Assembly (NCBI GenBank): GCA_030704615.1
Contig: CM060733.1
Coordinates: 16,306,001-16,370,000 of the forward strand
Length of the DNA stretch: 64,000 bases
Source of the DNA: Takakia lepidozioides
Lineage: Eukaryota; Plantae; Bryophyta
Direction of reading: 5' to 3'
A program made the translations under genes and the position numbers. Below, one piece after another: positions 1 through 12,960 of this stretch (position 1 is its first letter; each line of letters starts with the position of its first letter). The notes under the pieces were generated by a model. It ran no database searches. It was not told the origin of the DNA and worked only from the letters and a program-made list of their open reading frames with translations.

Positions 1-3000
1 CAAATTTTGCACCAAGAAGAAAACACCACAGCAGGTTCGGGGTGAAACCTGTGCCAAGAGTGAGGTCCACGATACGCGCCCCCGGATGGGAACAAGTCTC
101 CACAATTGTTTGAATAAATGTTGGGCTCTTCTCCTTGGCCCCTCTCCATGGTGTGGAGTTGGACTTTCGCAAGCATACATTGGAATCCACGTAATTGTAG
201 TGCATGTCGTCCACCACTGGATCAAACTTATCGTTGATGAAACAACCTCCCCCATGAAGCCTGAACTCCTTCACTGCTGTGGGAGTTGAAGCAGGGTGCA
301 CTCTGACGAGGCAGACGGCCTCAAAAAGGTGGGTCTACACACAAGACAACATGAGGCACATATTAGTGAATCCAAAAAAAATCATCTGAAAAGAACAGTG
401 CTTGAAACTTCCGAAAATGAGTGCGTTGACGCACTCATTTCTGCAGGGGTGAAATGGAACTTCAAATGAAGCAGGTAAGAGAAAGTCGATTACCATTTGT
501 CCGGGACAGTCACCCTTTGTCAAGTACAGGCTGTTCACACCATTCCACATTTTGATGATTTTCATCCCCGAGGCCTTGAGGTAGCTTGCAAGCTCCTGGC
601 GACATTTCGTATTGACCGACTGGATCATTACAAGAACCCCTGCATCCGATAAAAAAAATTGCAAAATGAAAAGACCCACCGCCAGTACCTCTCATCAAAT
701 GCATTCCATGTTGGGCAAGTGCCTGTGGGTAGAATGTCCGGAACTGGCAGCCCATCCGGAATGTCCACAATCACCATGTCGGCACAACATGGTTTCAGGG
801 AACCATTGACCCAACACTGCCCTTTCGAAACCTGAAAACAGACAGACGACAAAAATTAAATAACTATCCAAAAGGGAAAACAGTAAATGAGACAAACAGT
901 GGGAATTGGCTTACAGAGTCAAGGAATGCACACAGCTTGCCCCAAGTTCGAGAGGGTTCTCCAGCGTAACCAGATTTTCTGCTTTCCATCATGGCAAGGA
1001 ATGAATCATTGACAATCTCGCATTTACATTCTCGCTGGATTCTGGATGGGTGCTCCACTGCGTCGTATGGCTCAATCTTCCCCTTACCTTTTTGTTCCTT
1101 GTTTCCAATTGGGGTCTGCGCTACCTCACCCCCCGCAATCTCCCCTTGGGTGGCTTTCTCCTTCCCTTTGTCATTTGTACCCTTTCTCTTTCCCTTCCCT
1201 CTCGCAAGAGTTTTGTTAGCTACGGGTTCCTTCTCAGCGAGGTTTCGCAGATTCCTCTCATGCAATTCCTTGTCAGTAAGAGGGGCCAAAGACTCCGCAT
1301 TGTCGTTCTGGTTCCGTGTCTGCAACTCATACCAGGGGCAATCTGATTTCGGAATGTCTAGATACCAGCAGCAGTCTTTCAGATGATATCTCCCGTAGTC
1401 TCTGAGGATGGCTGCAGTGTACATGGTCTGACTGTTAGAGGGGTCAGACCACAAGTCGATGAAGGCAGGGTACTTACCGAGGTTTTTTCCCAGAATGAGC
1501 ACGTTCTTGATATACCTACAAAACAAAAGAGGTACACTTTTAGACATTGAAGGAAAAAAAGCATATACTGCAGCCCTCCCAAAATGTGTGCGTCGACGCA
1601 CACAGTTTGGGGTGCACAAATACTTGAGCATTAGGCAACCAAAATACACTCACTAGTACCAATGCAAGAACAGGAGAAAACAAAGGGTTCCATATGCAGA
1701 AAGATATCCCTTTCTCGGCAGACAGATATTCCATTCAGAACTGCCAACGAAACAATGAAATCCATGATGGAGGAGAGAACACATCTGAGTTTGTGGCCCT
1801 CCAAAACTGCGTGCGTTGGCGCACGCAGTTTTGCATGGCCAAAAACTGTCTGTCTACTGATTGCCAAAGATAGTTTTCAAACATAAAACAAAAACTAACG
1901 AACCTGTATAGGACCCTCTTCATGGCTCCCTCCGCCCCGTACTGCTGGTCAAAGTCATTTGTGTGGGAGATTCCTCCATCTCGGGAAAACTCTCTGAAGA
2001 AGCAGTGGCCTTCCACTGCCTCAAGTAATCCTCCAGAGTGTCCTCGGGCACGGGTAATTTTGTAGTCATAAAGCTGTTTCTCCAGCACCTGGTTTGCACG
2101 AGCTTTAATCTGCAGGTATTCATATGCATGTGTTAGAGTCCATTCATGGGAAGATATTCTCAGAATTTCAAGCAAAGAAAGTCCTTAAAAGTACGTGGCT
2201 CCAGTAGGTGGCTTTGTGCAACCATGTATCAAGAACTTGGTCGTTGATGTGCCCGGTGTTCTCATCTCTTTCACCCCTAGGGAAGCAGTATGTATCCTTG
2301 ACAGTTGGGTCGGAATTCCAAATCTCCAACCATTTCACTTTCTGGTCAACTTCCACAGATGCAGTTGACAACCGGTGAAGCTTTTCCTGTGTCATCTCCG
2401 GTTTGGTGTTATTGTTCCAGTGGATCCTCACCTGGTTAAGAAACTCGGGACCAAAATCAGGGTCAGCTATTCTCAGCTATTTCACGAAAGCGCTCATGAG
2501 CTTCTTCCGTATCTCATTCATCGTAAATTTCATGGCTTCTGCCACTCCCTTGGACGTCCTCATACCCTCCGGGTTTTTCAAATAGTACTCCGCTTTTCCT
2601 CTCTCTCCAGCTTCAACTATTTCTTGCTGCAAAACGTAATCCGGAATGAGATCACTTGTTACTGACAATCACAACAGACAATGGAAGGCCGGAGCGATGG
2701 AATACTTACAGTGTACATGTACTCCATGAATGTTTCCCTCGTTAGCTTGTACCGGGTATCTGACGTTTTCGATGTCAAACATTTCTTGAATGACTCCGCA
2801 CTCAGGATGCTCTTGAATGAATTGAGGGGCATCTGGCCGATATTCTGGATCCTGAATAGTGTGTGAAGAAGGTTCGTTGTCACATGGGCGGTTTCAGTTC
2901 CCCTGTCACATACAATGGTGTGTCGTCAGTGAGTGCTAAAAGCGAATAGACAGTCAAGGAAAAAATGCGGACAATAACAAGTGAAGAAGACACTTACTTG

Positions 3001-3734
3001 TTAACGTCATGCATTGCCGTCAACAGTGCAGTGATGTTTCCCTTGGGATCCAGCACCATTGAGGCCACAGAATAGTGCCACTCCTCCTCGGTGCTATGAT
3101 ATCTCTCGATCATGTTCCTACAGGCAAGCAATCGGTGGTTGCCATCCCAGACATGAAACATCTTGCCAGAGAAAGGTTGGGTGACGAGCCTCTTGCAAAT
3201 GATAGATTCAAACTCCTCATTTATCTGTCGCCAGATAGGATCCCAGCCTCCAACAATGGACTCGTCCACCAACACCTCTCTGCCAGCGGAGTCCGCCAAG
3301 AAGATGGCAAGTAAGAGAATCACCTGAGGTCCTTTGGCCGACGAACTCCCAGATGCCTTTGATGTGGCAACAACGGCGGTCGTCCTCCCAGTTTGGGCAG
3401 CCTTCTTAACCTTTGGCATCCCCTCCTCCTCCACGACGTTCTTCCCCTTCGGCGTGGATTCCTTTGCAAGAGCGTCTGCCTCGTCTGTGTCCATAGCGTC
3501 TGTGTCGTTCTCTGACACAGTTTCGTCCGCAACTTCATCAGGAGCTGGCAGCTGGTCCTCCCCCGCCATGTGTTTGGTTTCCAGGGCTGCGCTCTCCTCT
3601 GCGATCTCCTTCAGTGTCATGTTCAGCTTTCGGCCTTTCATTCTCTCTCTTGCCTTCTTCCTCTCTCGCGCTGAAGTAAAAAAGAATGATTGTCTTCTAG
3701 GCCTTCCACTCTCTCGTGCGGAATTCTGTCTCAT
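1..3734 (-). pseudogene. Multi-exon ParB/Srx-like domain + beta-class amino (N6A/N4C) DNA methyltransferase gene, copy A (3' end outside window; ~0.9 kb deletion at 3300, stops and frameshifts)
   Basis: FHVWDGNHRLLAC (ParB-like) in 2994-3734; ADMVIVDIPDG (motif IV position) and FLSDAGVLVM in 490-850; KEKSPAFIQTIVETCSHPGARIVDLTLGTG (motifs X-I) at ~45-140; GT..AG introns, e.g. ~335-493 and ~1516-1903. Confidence 0.75.
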
Positions 3735-4401
3735 GCTACTCTCCAGCTTGAAAAACTACGATCTACTGGAATGAGAGACGTCGTGCGATGAGTAGCAGCC
3801 GGGGCATCGCTCTCGGCGGTTATGCATGTATTCACTGCATACGTGTCCCCCTCCTAACGACACACTCGTCCATTCTGCGGTGGCTGCCGTCTTTCATTAT
3901 GGAGGTATGGCCTTCGCATGGATTTGATTCGGATGGATGACTAATTTCAGTAGATTTTTTGGATTCTCCCAGATCAACATCTTCCATTCGTTCGACGCCG
4001 ATTCGTCTTAAATCCTACACTCAATGCATTGTCGGGTTCCACGTGGCTGAACACATTGGGGTGGCATGGGATGTTGGTCTCCGCCGTCATTTCACATGGG
4101 TCTGTAAAGGCACATAACTGCTTAACAACTGTTTTATGAACTGTTTTGACAACTGTTTCTGAAAGGCTCTTTAACGGTATGTCAGCTTTTAAAATAGGTC
4201 TTGACTGACCCTTCCATAACGGTTTGGGACATACATGACGAGTTGTCCTTTGCCGACCTCGTTAGTAAAGGTGACGGACTTTTAGGTTTCGGTCTGAAAT
4301 GCAAAGCATGAGAAATGTAATCCCCACTATCGTTTGTAACAAGAATCCGCACATAAGTTGTGGCTTCCGCACTTTTGCGAAGGAATTTCTCTTGCAGCAA
4401 C

Positions 4402-7400
4402 ATGGCTTCCTCCGAAGCAGAGTTTTACTCTGTGGAGAAACCAGTACCTTTCTCGAAGAAGACCGATGACAATGGTTTTGCAATTGCGGAGGAACATCTC
4501 CTAGCAACGCGTTTCGAGTTCCAGTATGGTACTGTGTGGCTGGAAAGAGAGGTTTACGGTGTCGATGGGAAGTTGAAGAAGTATGCTTTCCAGAAACCAG
4601 ATGAAAACGCACTTATGAGTCAGTGGAGAGTTCCTCCAGGAAGATACAAAGTCTTTGGAGCTCATTGCCGGCAGTCGATTGGTTCGTATGTGACGTCGAA
4701 AACTGCTGCTTCTGTTGTTCAAGACAAGAGGAATGTGGTCGTGAAGACGGAGCCCACAACTTCTAGACAAATTGTTGAGCTCTCCGAGTCCTCAAAGGAG
4801 GACGTCCCGAAAATTCCTTTTGTGGCTCCTTCTCCGGTGGTCGTGGTGCCGGAATTGAAGGACTTGTGTAGTGTCATTCCTAAACTGAAGTCAATGGGAG
4901 GAATGCCCGGTTTCAAGAGTGAATTGCGGGGGATTGATTAGGACACTGTCCCTGTTGAGCGTGTGCAGTACCTTCCAAAAAAATTTGATGGGGATGTCGT
5001 CTTCGAGCTGCCTCCACCTGGGCGGGGTGGACCCATTTGGAGCCTCATGCACGGAATGGACAAGAGACACGATGGACACCTATGGTGCAGAACGAAGACA
5101 TCCAATATTCAACATGATGACAAGCTCGTGTTCAGGAGAGCGGTGTGCAATGGGCACCTGAGGTGCGAGAATTTGAGTTGCAGACATTTCCTGCGGTCAG
5201 AGGTTCAGAACCAGAGCGAGTGGGAGGGTGTCGCCGAGAATCCTTTCAAGCCCGGTGAAGCACCTCCAAGCTCCAACACTTTCGTTTGCAAGTTCTGCAA
5301 ACGAGCGCCTTCCTGTGTGGCAGTGTGTGGAGCAAGAATGTACTATGTGGTGCACCATTTTCCAACCTTGACTAGAGCCGGTGTGCATTTCGGGTTCCAC
5401 AACCATCCAGTGTCGAAGGGGGATTACAGGGAAAGCGTTGAAACAGTATCCAGGTTGATAAGACAAGAGTATGAGAGCAATCCAACAGCCACCACCTCCA
5501 CAATTGTTCTTGGAGCAAACAAGACTTCCTGGAAACCCATATTCTTAGTGAAGGAGATTCTGTGGGCAGGAAACTCGACGGGTCAGCCTTGGACAATGTT
5601 ATGGATCACTTCTCTACCTTGAGCTCGCCGAACATTAAAACCAGGTGAATGCATTGAGGATGGGCTCTACTAACAGAGGGTACGTTGATAACATTTTTGA
5701 GTTGAAGCGACGGAGCAGGTATGACTACATTCAAGAGAGTGTGTTCCCAGGTCAAAGGTCGAACAAAGTGTACGTTTTCAAAATGTTCACAGCCGGGGAG
5801 GGCAGCGGAGTCAGTCTTGTGAAGCGCATGCAGAAGGGTGGCGATCTTCAGAACTGTTTCCTTATGTTTGATCACGTCAAACGAGTGAAAGACTGGACTA
5901 CAATGGCGTGTCATGTTTACGATCCTTTCTACCAGCGAGTGATGACAATTGCAGTGTGTGACATGCAATCAGAGGATGCGGATTCACAACAGCTAATGTG
6001 GAGAAGTCTCATTCGCATTATGGACTCCCAAGGTGTCCCATGTCCAAATTTCGCCGGATTTATGGCAGACAGTGCTCAGCGAATTTCAATGCTATTCGCA
6101 TTGTGTTTGGATTAGGAGATCCAAAGGTGCCAATGCCAAGAAGAGAGCGAACATATCTTTTCCATTGGACCAGTCCCTTGAGAAACATACAAAGGCAGAC
6201 ATCAAACCAAAAATGCAACCTGTTCATCTTAGGCTATGCAAACAGTACAAAGATGCCAAAAGCATGGCAGAGGCGAATACATTGTTCCAGACAATTCGTG
6301 CCTAGTGGTTCTCATCTAGGTGCATCAGAAGACAATATGAGAGCGCTAGAAGACTGACTAGCATTTTGGCACTTCCGGTACAGACAATGGGGAGTATGCA
6401 TGACAACGGTGCGTGCATTTGAAAACTTGAAAATTTCATTGAGTTTGTATCCATTTCCAATCATGTCTGTTGTGGTGAGGTGTGCATGTCCTCTTTCTGA
6501 TACATGTTTTTCCATTTTGCAGCACTTCTCAATTGAGAAGATGGCGGACATGCCCTCTTGCAATCTGGCGGAGACGGTGCACAATGTATGGTTGCAACAA
6601 TCTGGAAAGCGGGGCCGGGATTTGTATGTGGCGACGGCAGATGATCTGATTCGAGCTCTACTGCAACAGACGAGATATCGGGAGTTCTTGCGGGGTGGCG
6701 TTGGTGGCAAGGGTCCAGACAAGTCCGAGTTGATGTTGCGAGTAGCAAGAAGATCAGGGGATCCGAACAAGATTGCCAAGGCTATCAGCATGTGTGCGGA
6801 AAGAACTCCACTGGTGTCCAGAGTTCCCCATCTGGAGGGTGAGGAGAGATTCGGGTCTTGTAAATGGAAATTGAACACCTTTCCTGGGTCGGATGCGGAC
6901 TCCCACAAGCCGGACAGGGACAACTTCTCCATGCCGCGTGTTCCATTTCATCAGAGGTTCGTTTCCGGCATATCCTGTGCGAACGATCCTTTGTCACAAA
7001 GCCAAAGGCAGCCATCTCCCACAGTGAGTGCAATGGGGCAGGAGGCGAACGTGCTCCCCCCTGTGGTGGAGTCCATGTGCCCCGACGAAGTCTGGCACAT
7101 AGAACGCACCACTGCTGGGTCTCGAGTGAAGTGCACGGCAATCAAAGCAACCAATCGTGAGAAATGCAAGTCCTCCATATCCAGAGGCAAGGTCCGAACT
7201 CCGGCTTTGACCTTCACTGGTTTGTTCATGCCTTACGGGCAAGCCGAGGCGAAGAACCACAAATTCTGGTTCTGCCCTGACGACTGTGGTAGGTGCGTGC
7301 GTGGGACTGTACGACCATCGGTTATCATGAAGCCTCCTCCACCAAGCGTTTGGCCTGTGAAAGTGGGGACACATCTCACAACTCACGAGATTGCCATGCT

Positions 7401-7905
7401 GGAGGAGGCAGGCTTCTCCCTTCAGCGAGCCCCCTCTGTACATGCAGGTGCTTCTACTTCAGCAAGTTCTGGAGTGCCACCACCGAACGCTGATGCATGG
7501 CCAACAAAACGAAATGGGAAGCTGGTTCGTCGTTTCCCTCCGACTGCCGAGCATTTCGGCAAGGTGGAATCCGCTCGAATGCTTCAAGGTCGTGTTACAG
7601 GCACTACGGAAGTTCCACATCCCGGGTATGGACGAATCTACACTATGATGACCTCCACATCCGCTATGCACGACCGGTTGTACGACATCACAGTTTCAAA
7701 TTTCCCCAACTGCACATGTCCTGATTTTGTTGGCATGCTTACAACAAGTTTGGGAAAGACAGACAAATTTATACCCTGCAAACATCTGTATTTTATCTTC
7801 TTGAACAGAATGGTTTGTGATCCCAGACGCGACATCTTCATTCACCAGGCCACCATGAGTTTCAACGAGGTGAACACACTTATGCAGCGGGATAGGAGCA
7901 CATAG
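4402..7905 (+). pseudogene. MULE-type transposase with N-terminal GCM/WRKY-like Zn domain, DDE core and C-terminal SWIM finger; disrupted
   Basis: DGHLWCRTKTSN..CNGHLRC..C..CKFC..C..GFHNHP; LMFDHVK..TIAVCDMQSED..GFMADSAQ..NAIRIVFG..YLFHW; SWIM CTCPDF..PCKH; stop at 4939-4941, frameshifts, probable intron ~6409-6522. Confidence 0.75.
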
Positions 7906-8134
7906 CATCCTCTTCACTTTGGTCATCTACAAATTCCATTACTGGATTTTACAAGAGTTGAAACTTGAACTTGATGTCCCTTCATATATTTGATGCCAAT
8001 GCAGCCTCCAATTATGTTGTGCAATGTGTGCCATTTCTTTCTTGTGTGTAGTCGTTCGAATAAAAATGGAATGGATGCAAATGCTTTCACAAGTCGTTCC
8101 TGTATTTTAATTTCTGGTGTTTTGCATGAATGTA

Positions 8135-8567
8135 TGTCACGGCTATAGGCCCCTCGGCTATAGGTGCTACATGTTTCTGATGATATGGCATCTGCCAAGT
8201 TGTCCAGATGCCACGTTATTCTGACGACTGCCACGTCAGTCGGATATTGACACGTCAGCCTCACGCTCACGCCACGTCAGCGCGACCCCACGCTCACGTC
8301 ACATCAGCTGGTGTGAGCCTGCGCTCACGCCACATCACCTCCGCGTGAGCGTACGCTCTCACGCTCACGCGGAAGTCACGTCCCTTTCGGGGGTGGGCTC
8401 TATGTGGCTACAGTTCTATTGTGTTCTATTGTAGCACAAGCTATTATAGATTGTAAAAAGAAGTTCTTCGATGTCATAGGGCCCACCCCCGAAAAGAGGG
8501 AAATAGCGGCGAGGCAAAGTGGCTCTTAGTTACGCCGGCTTTGGTCGGAGTCTTTTCTCTCTCTATT
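8135..8567. repeat. Right terminal/subterminal inverted repeat of MULE copy A
   Basis: Blocks ggctataggccc, gccacgtcag (repeated), ctctcacgctcacgcggaag and the terminal ~60 bp have inverted counterparts at 34351-34630. Confidence 0.8.
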
Positions 8568-9199
8568 TCATTGATATCTTTATGGGTTTACCTGGGTTTG
8601 TCAATGATTGTCGGGTGTGGGAACAGTGCATCTCTATTGAAGTTTGAAGATAGATTCCAGATTTTCGTGGAATGACATCTTATGGTCGAAGAACGGATTA
8701 GAGTCAAACACAAGGTATGGTGGACTGTGAGTATGCTAGCTGGTCTGGCTTTAAGGCGGGCCTTGTACATGGCGTCGGCCTAATAATGTTGCAAAGCATG
8801 GTTTTCTTAACTCAATATTAATCACTTTGCAATAGAAAAGGTACTGGCTGGCCTTGTACATGGCGCCGGCCTAATAATGTTGCAAACCATGGTCCTTTTA
8901 ACTTGAGTATATTATTCACTTTGCAATAGAAAATGAATCAACATTAGCTGGGCCAATCAATGCACATATTTATGAAGTTTAAGGGACAGTCAATGTCAAA
9001 TTTCCCTTCAGTCACAAACTGGTTCATAAAAGCCAAACTGTCATATGTAAACAAGGAAACTGTCTTTCCATCTCCAAGAATTTACTAGGCCATCATGGGA
9101 TGTCTTCATTTTGAAATCAACAGGCTAAAACCAGCAATCACAAGTAGACAAGTTGTGGTACACTTTTAACAGTAAGATGTTTAATAGAATACAACGCTG

Positions 9200-10375
9200 A
9201 CAATTGGCAAGAACATAGGCCCATTTGAGTACCTGAACGTCCGGAAACTTGAACAACAAGTGCAGATCTGTTGGGGGCAAGACCACAACCCCTTAAGAAT
9301 ATTCAGAGCTCAGGAGGCCACCATAACTTGATCACACTAGTTTTTAGGAATGTTTCAAGCCATAGCACACCACAACTAGAGCAATTGGCAATGAGATAGG
9401 CCTATCTGAGTACGTGAACGCCCGGATACTTCAACAACAAGTGCAGATCTGTTGGGGGCCAGACCACAACCCCTTAAGAAAATTCAGAGCTCAAGAAGCC
9501 ACCATACCTTGATCACACTAGTTGTTAGAAATGTTTCAAGCCATAGCACATCACAACTGGAGAAATTGCCAATGAGATAGGCCCATCTGAGTACCCGAAT
9601 GTCCAGAAACTTGAACAACAAATTTGTTGGCGGCCAAACCACAACCCCTTAATGAGATTCAGAGCTCTAGAGGCCACCATACCTTGATCACACTAGTTGT
9701 TAGAAATGTTTCAAGCCATAGCCCACCACAATTGGAGCAATTGGCAAGAAGAGAGGCCCATCTGAGTACCTGAACGTCCGGATACTTGAATAACAAGTGC
9801 AGATCTGTTGGGGGCCAGACCACAACCCCTTAAGAAAATTCAGAGCTCAGAAGGCCACCATACCTTGATCACACTAGTTGTTAGAAATGTTTCAAGCCAT
9901 AGCACACCACAACTGGAGCAATTGCCAAAGAGATAGGCCCATCTGAGTACCTGAACGTCTAGAAACTTGAATAACAACTGCAGATTTGTTGGGGGCCAGA
10001 CCACAACCCCTTAATAAGATTCAGAGCTCTAGAGCCCACCATACCTTGATCACACTAGTTATTAGAAATGTTTCAAGCCATAGCACGCCACAATTGGAGC
10101 AATTGACAAGAAGAGAGGCCCATTTGAGTACTTGAACGTCCGAAAACTTGATCAACAAGTGTAGATCTGTTGGGGGCCAGACCACAACCCCTTAAGAAAT
10201 TCCAGAGCTCAGGAGGCCACCATATCTTGATCACACTAGTTTTTAGAAATGTTTCAAGCCATAGCACACCACAACTGGAGCAATTGCCAAGGAGATAGGC
10301 CTATCTGAGTACCTGAACGTCCGGAAACTTGAACAACAAGTGCAGATTTGTTGGGGGCCAGACCACAACCCCTTG
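9200..10375. repeat. Tandem satellite, ~181-bp unit, ~6.5 copies
   Basis: Units recur at about 9204, 9385, 9566, 9741, 9922, 10102 and 10283 (gagtacctgaacgtccggaaacttgaac..gaccacaacccctt..gatcacactagt). Confidence 0.95.
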
Positions 10376-10416
10376 AAAATCTTTATGGCTCTGAAGGCTA
10401 GCATATCTTCATCACC

Positions 10417-10756
10417 CTACTTGCTACAAATCCACCAAGCCATAGCACACCCAAATTGGAAAAATTGGCATGCAGATAGGGCACAACATAAATGAATGTG
10501 ACTCGGTCTGGCTTCACCCCCTGCTGATGTGCATTTGCTCACAGGTCTCCAAAGCCTCCATCCCCCATATCCATGATGTGCATGTCCTGCAATCATAGCA
10601 CTCCAGAACACCACATCTTGTTTGCCCATTAAACACTTCATTTGCATCCACAGTGTTCCCACATTTGGCATACATATCAACAAGGGTATTGTTCAGAATG
10701 ACATCTGGTACTATTCCAGCCTTGACGATGTCACCATGGACCTCTTTTTCCTTCAT
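10417..10756 (-). pseudogene. PLS-class PPR gene fragment
   Basis: EVHGDIVKAGIVPDVILNNTLVDMYAKCG..A.EVF and QDVVFWSAMIAGHAHHGYG in two frames. Confidence 0.85.
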
Positions 10757-11899
10757 GAATATATAAATGGCTGAGGCCTAGAATACAACTTCCTGGCAAT
10801 GGTGCCCATAAAGAGCCAGCAACAGAAGACCCAAGCCTGGAGCGACCTACTGCAACAAAAGCATGAGAAATGAAGAGGGTGGGAGCGAGATTGATGGAGA
10901 GTTGGAGAGCGCTTGGGCGTGGACTAAGGAGAAGCAGACAATGTGAAAGAAAGATGGGGTAGAGAGGAGGGTGGAGAGGACGATATTATGAAAAAACTAG
11001 GAAGCTGTTGAGCTTCAACCCTCCCCGCATCAATTGCGCGCATGTCTCCAAAGCTGTTAAGCTCAACCCTCCCCGCATCGCTTGAGCGCAAGTGGTCTCC
11101 AAATCTTCCATCTCGGACCCTAGCTATGCACGTGCAAATCATCCCACGACATAAACAAAGAAAACGACCAAGTCCAAGACTCATCGTTCAACACACAACC
11201 CCGCAACCCTAAATCCATTTTGAATGATTTTGAACTTTTATTGGATAGTACACTTTTTGTTACCCCAGTGGTTTGGTGCTCAAATCCTGCTACGTCATTT
11301 TTATATGTGGTACGGTATGTGAATTTCACTTTATTGTAATGAGTACAATGTTAACTTTTATATGACGTGGTAGTAGAAATCGATAAAGGCAGGCCAAAAT
11401 GAACTAATGAATATGACCAAATTTAAATTATGTAATGTATGTTTGGCCATATCCGGGTCATATGAAACCTGTTTGACGTAGTTTTTAGGGGGATAGCTTC
11501 AGGGCTTACAATGCTACCCACCTACACCTCATTTTTGGGCTCTTACAAAAAGTCTATAGATTTTTCCAAAGTATATTAGATTATCTATTTTTAAAAATAA
11601 AAAATAAAAGAAAACACCTATGAGCTACAGCTCACAAATCAGGCTTATCTACGAGATGTGACATATAAAAAATTGAATGAAATATAAACAAATGTTGTCA
11701 AGCCTTGTAGTGAGTTCAATTATTTGGAAATTTTATATTTTTGGAACTGGCTTAACTTATTTTCATTCTAAAATTCATCGTTGAAGTTTGGACATTGGAG
11801 AAAATAAAATTTTTGATGGTCTACGGGCACCCTCTACCTTATCAGATCAGCCCATACCTAGGTCATTAGATGGTGCCACGGCTCTAAGTGGAGAAGAGC

Positions 11900-12960
11900 T
11901 GGCTATGTTGGATACCATATTTCAAGCTAGTTTCGTATGACCAAACATTGTTCCAGTTGAGGAAAGTGCTTCAGAGAATGGATACTGTGATTCAGATTCA
12001 GAATAAAGTTGATTGTTTGGAACCATTTGTTCAATAGCATCATCCTACAATGATTTGGACACTTGTATATTTTTTAAAGTCTGCCATAGGTGCACAAACC
12101 ACTTAAACATTTTCATGTACCACCACAAGAGTGGTACCAGTCACTGAGGTGTCTTTAACCACTCATTATGTACCACTATCCAAATGGTACTAATCACTGA
12201 GGTGTCTTTAACCACATAACATTCTAGAACTAACATGAGAGACTGAAGACCTGGCTATGTTGGCTACCTACATTCAAACGGCATTTGTACAACCAACCGC
12301 TATTCCAGTTGAGGAAAGTGATTCAGAGGGTGACGAATATGTTTCAGATTCAAAAAGTTTATTGTTGGAACCATTTGTTCAATAGCATCATCCTACAATG
12401 GTCTGGACACTTGTCTGTTTTTCAAAGTCTGTCACAGGTGCACAAACCACTTACAGTTTTTCATGTATCACCACAAAAGTGGTACCAATCACTGTTGTGT
12501 AGGCAACCACTCATGAGCGACCACTAGTATAGTGGTTCCAATTACTGCAGTGTCTTTCCCACCCCACACTCTACCACTGTCAAAGTGGTACAAATCAATG
12601 AGGTGTCTTTAATCACTCAAGATCAACGTGCACTGTCCCCGTCCACGTGGAATATTATATTTATTAATTAGAATATATTTCCAAATCATAAATCATAAAT
12701 AAAATTTGAATTATTACACGTGGAGTAGCAAGTGGTTTCAACCACTTCCCATCACTGAGGTGTCTATAACCACTCACAATGACCACTGCACCCGCCCACG
12801 TGGAATATTATATTTGTTAATTAAAATATATTACCAAATAATAAATAATAATAATAAACACATTATTACACATGGACTACTGAGTGGTTGAAACCACTTC
12901 CAACCACTGTCTGTGATGCCACCATGGCATTTCATCAGGATTAACCACTGGCAAGTGCCG
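11900..12960. repeat. Degenerate local duplications / short tandem repeats
   Basis: 11900-12200 resembles 12253-12530; recurring gtggtacc..cactgaggtgtctttaaccactca and ccacgtggaatattatatt. Confidence 0.6.

Larger units (their letters stand above)
1..8567. mobile_element. Mutator-like (MULE) DNA transposon, copy A (left end outside window)
   Basis: Transposase-like gene at 4402-7905; right end 8500-8567 (...cttagttacgccggctttggtcggagtcttttctctctctatt) is the reverse complement of the left end of copy B at 34351. Confidence 0.8.

Noticed and set aside
9200-10375. Regular repeats as a CRISPR array or 5S rDNA
   Set aside because: Whole units are homologous with no unique spacers, there is no 5S rRNA similarity I can recognise, and the context is eukaryotic
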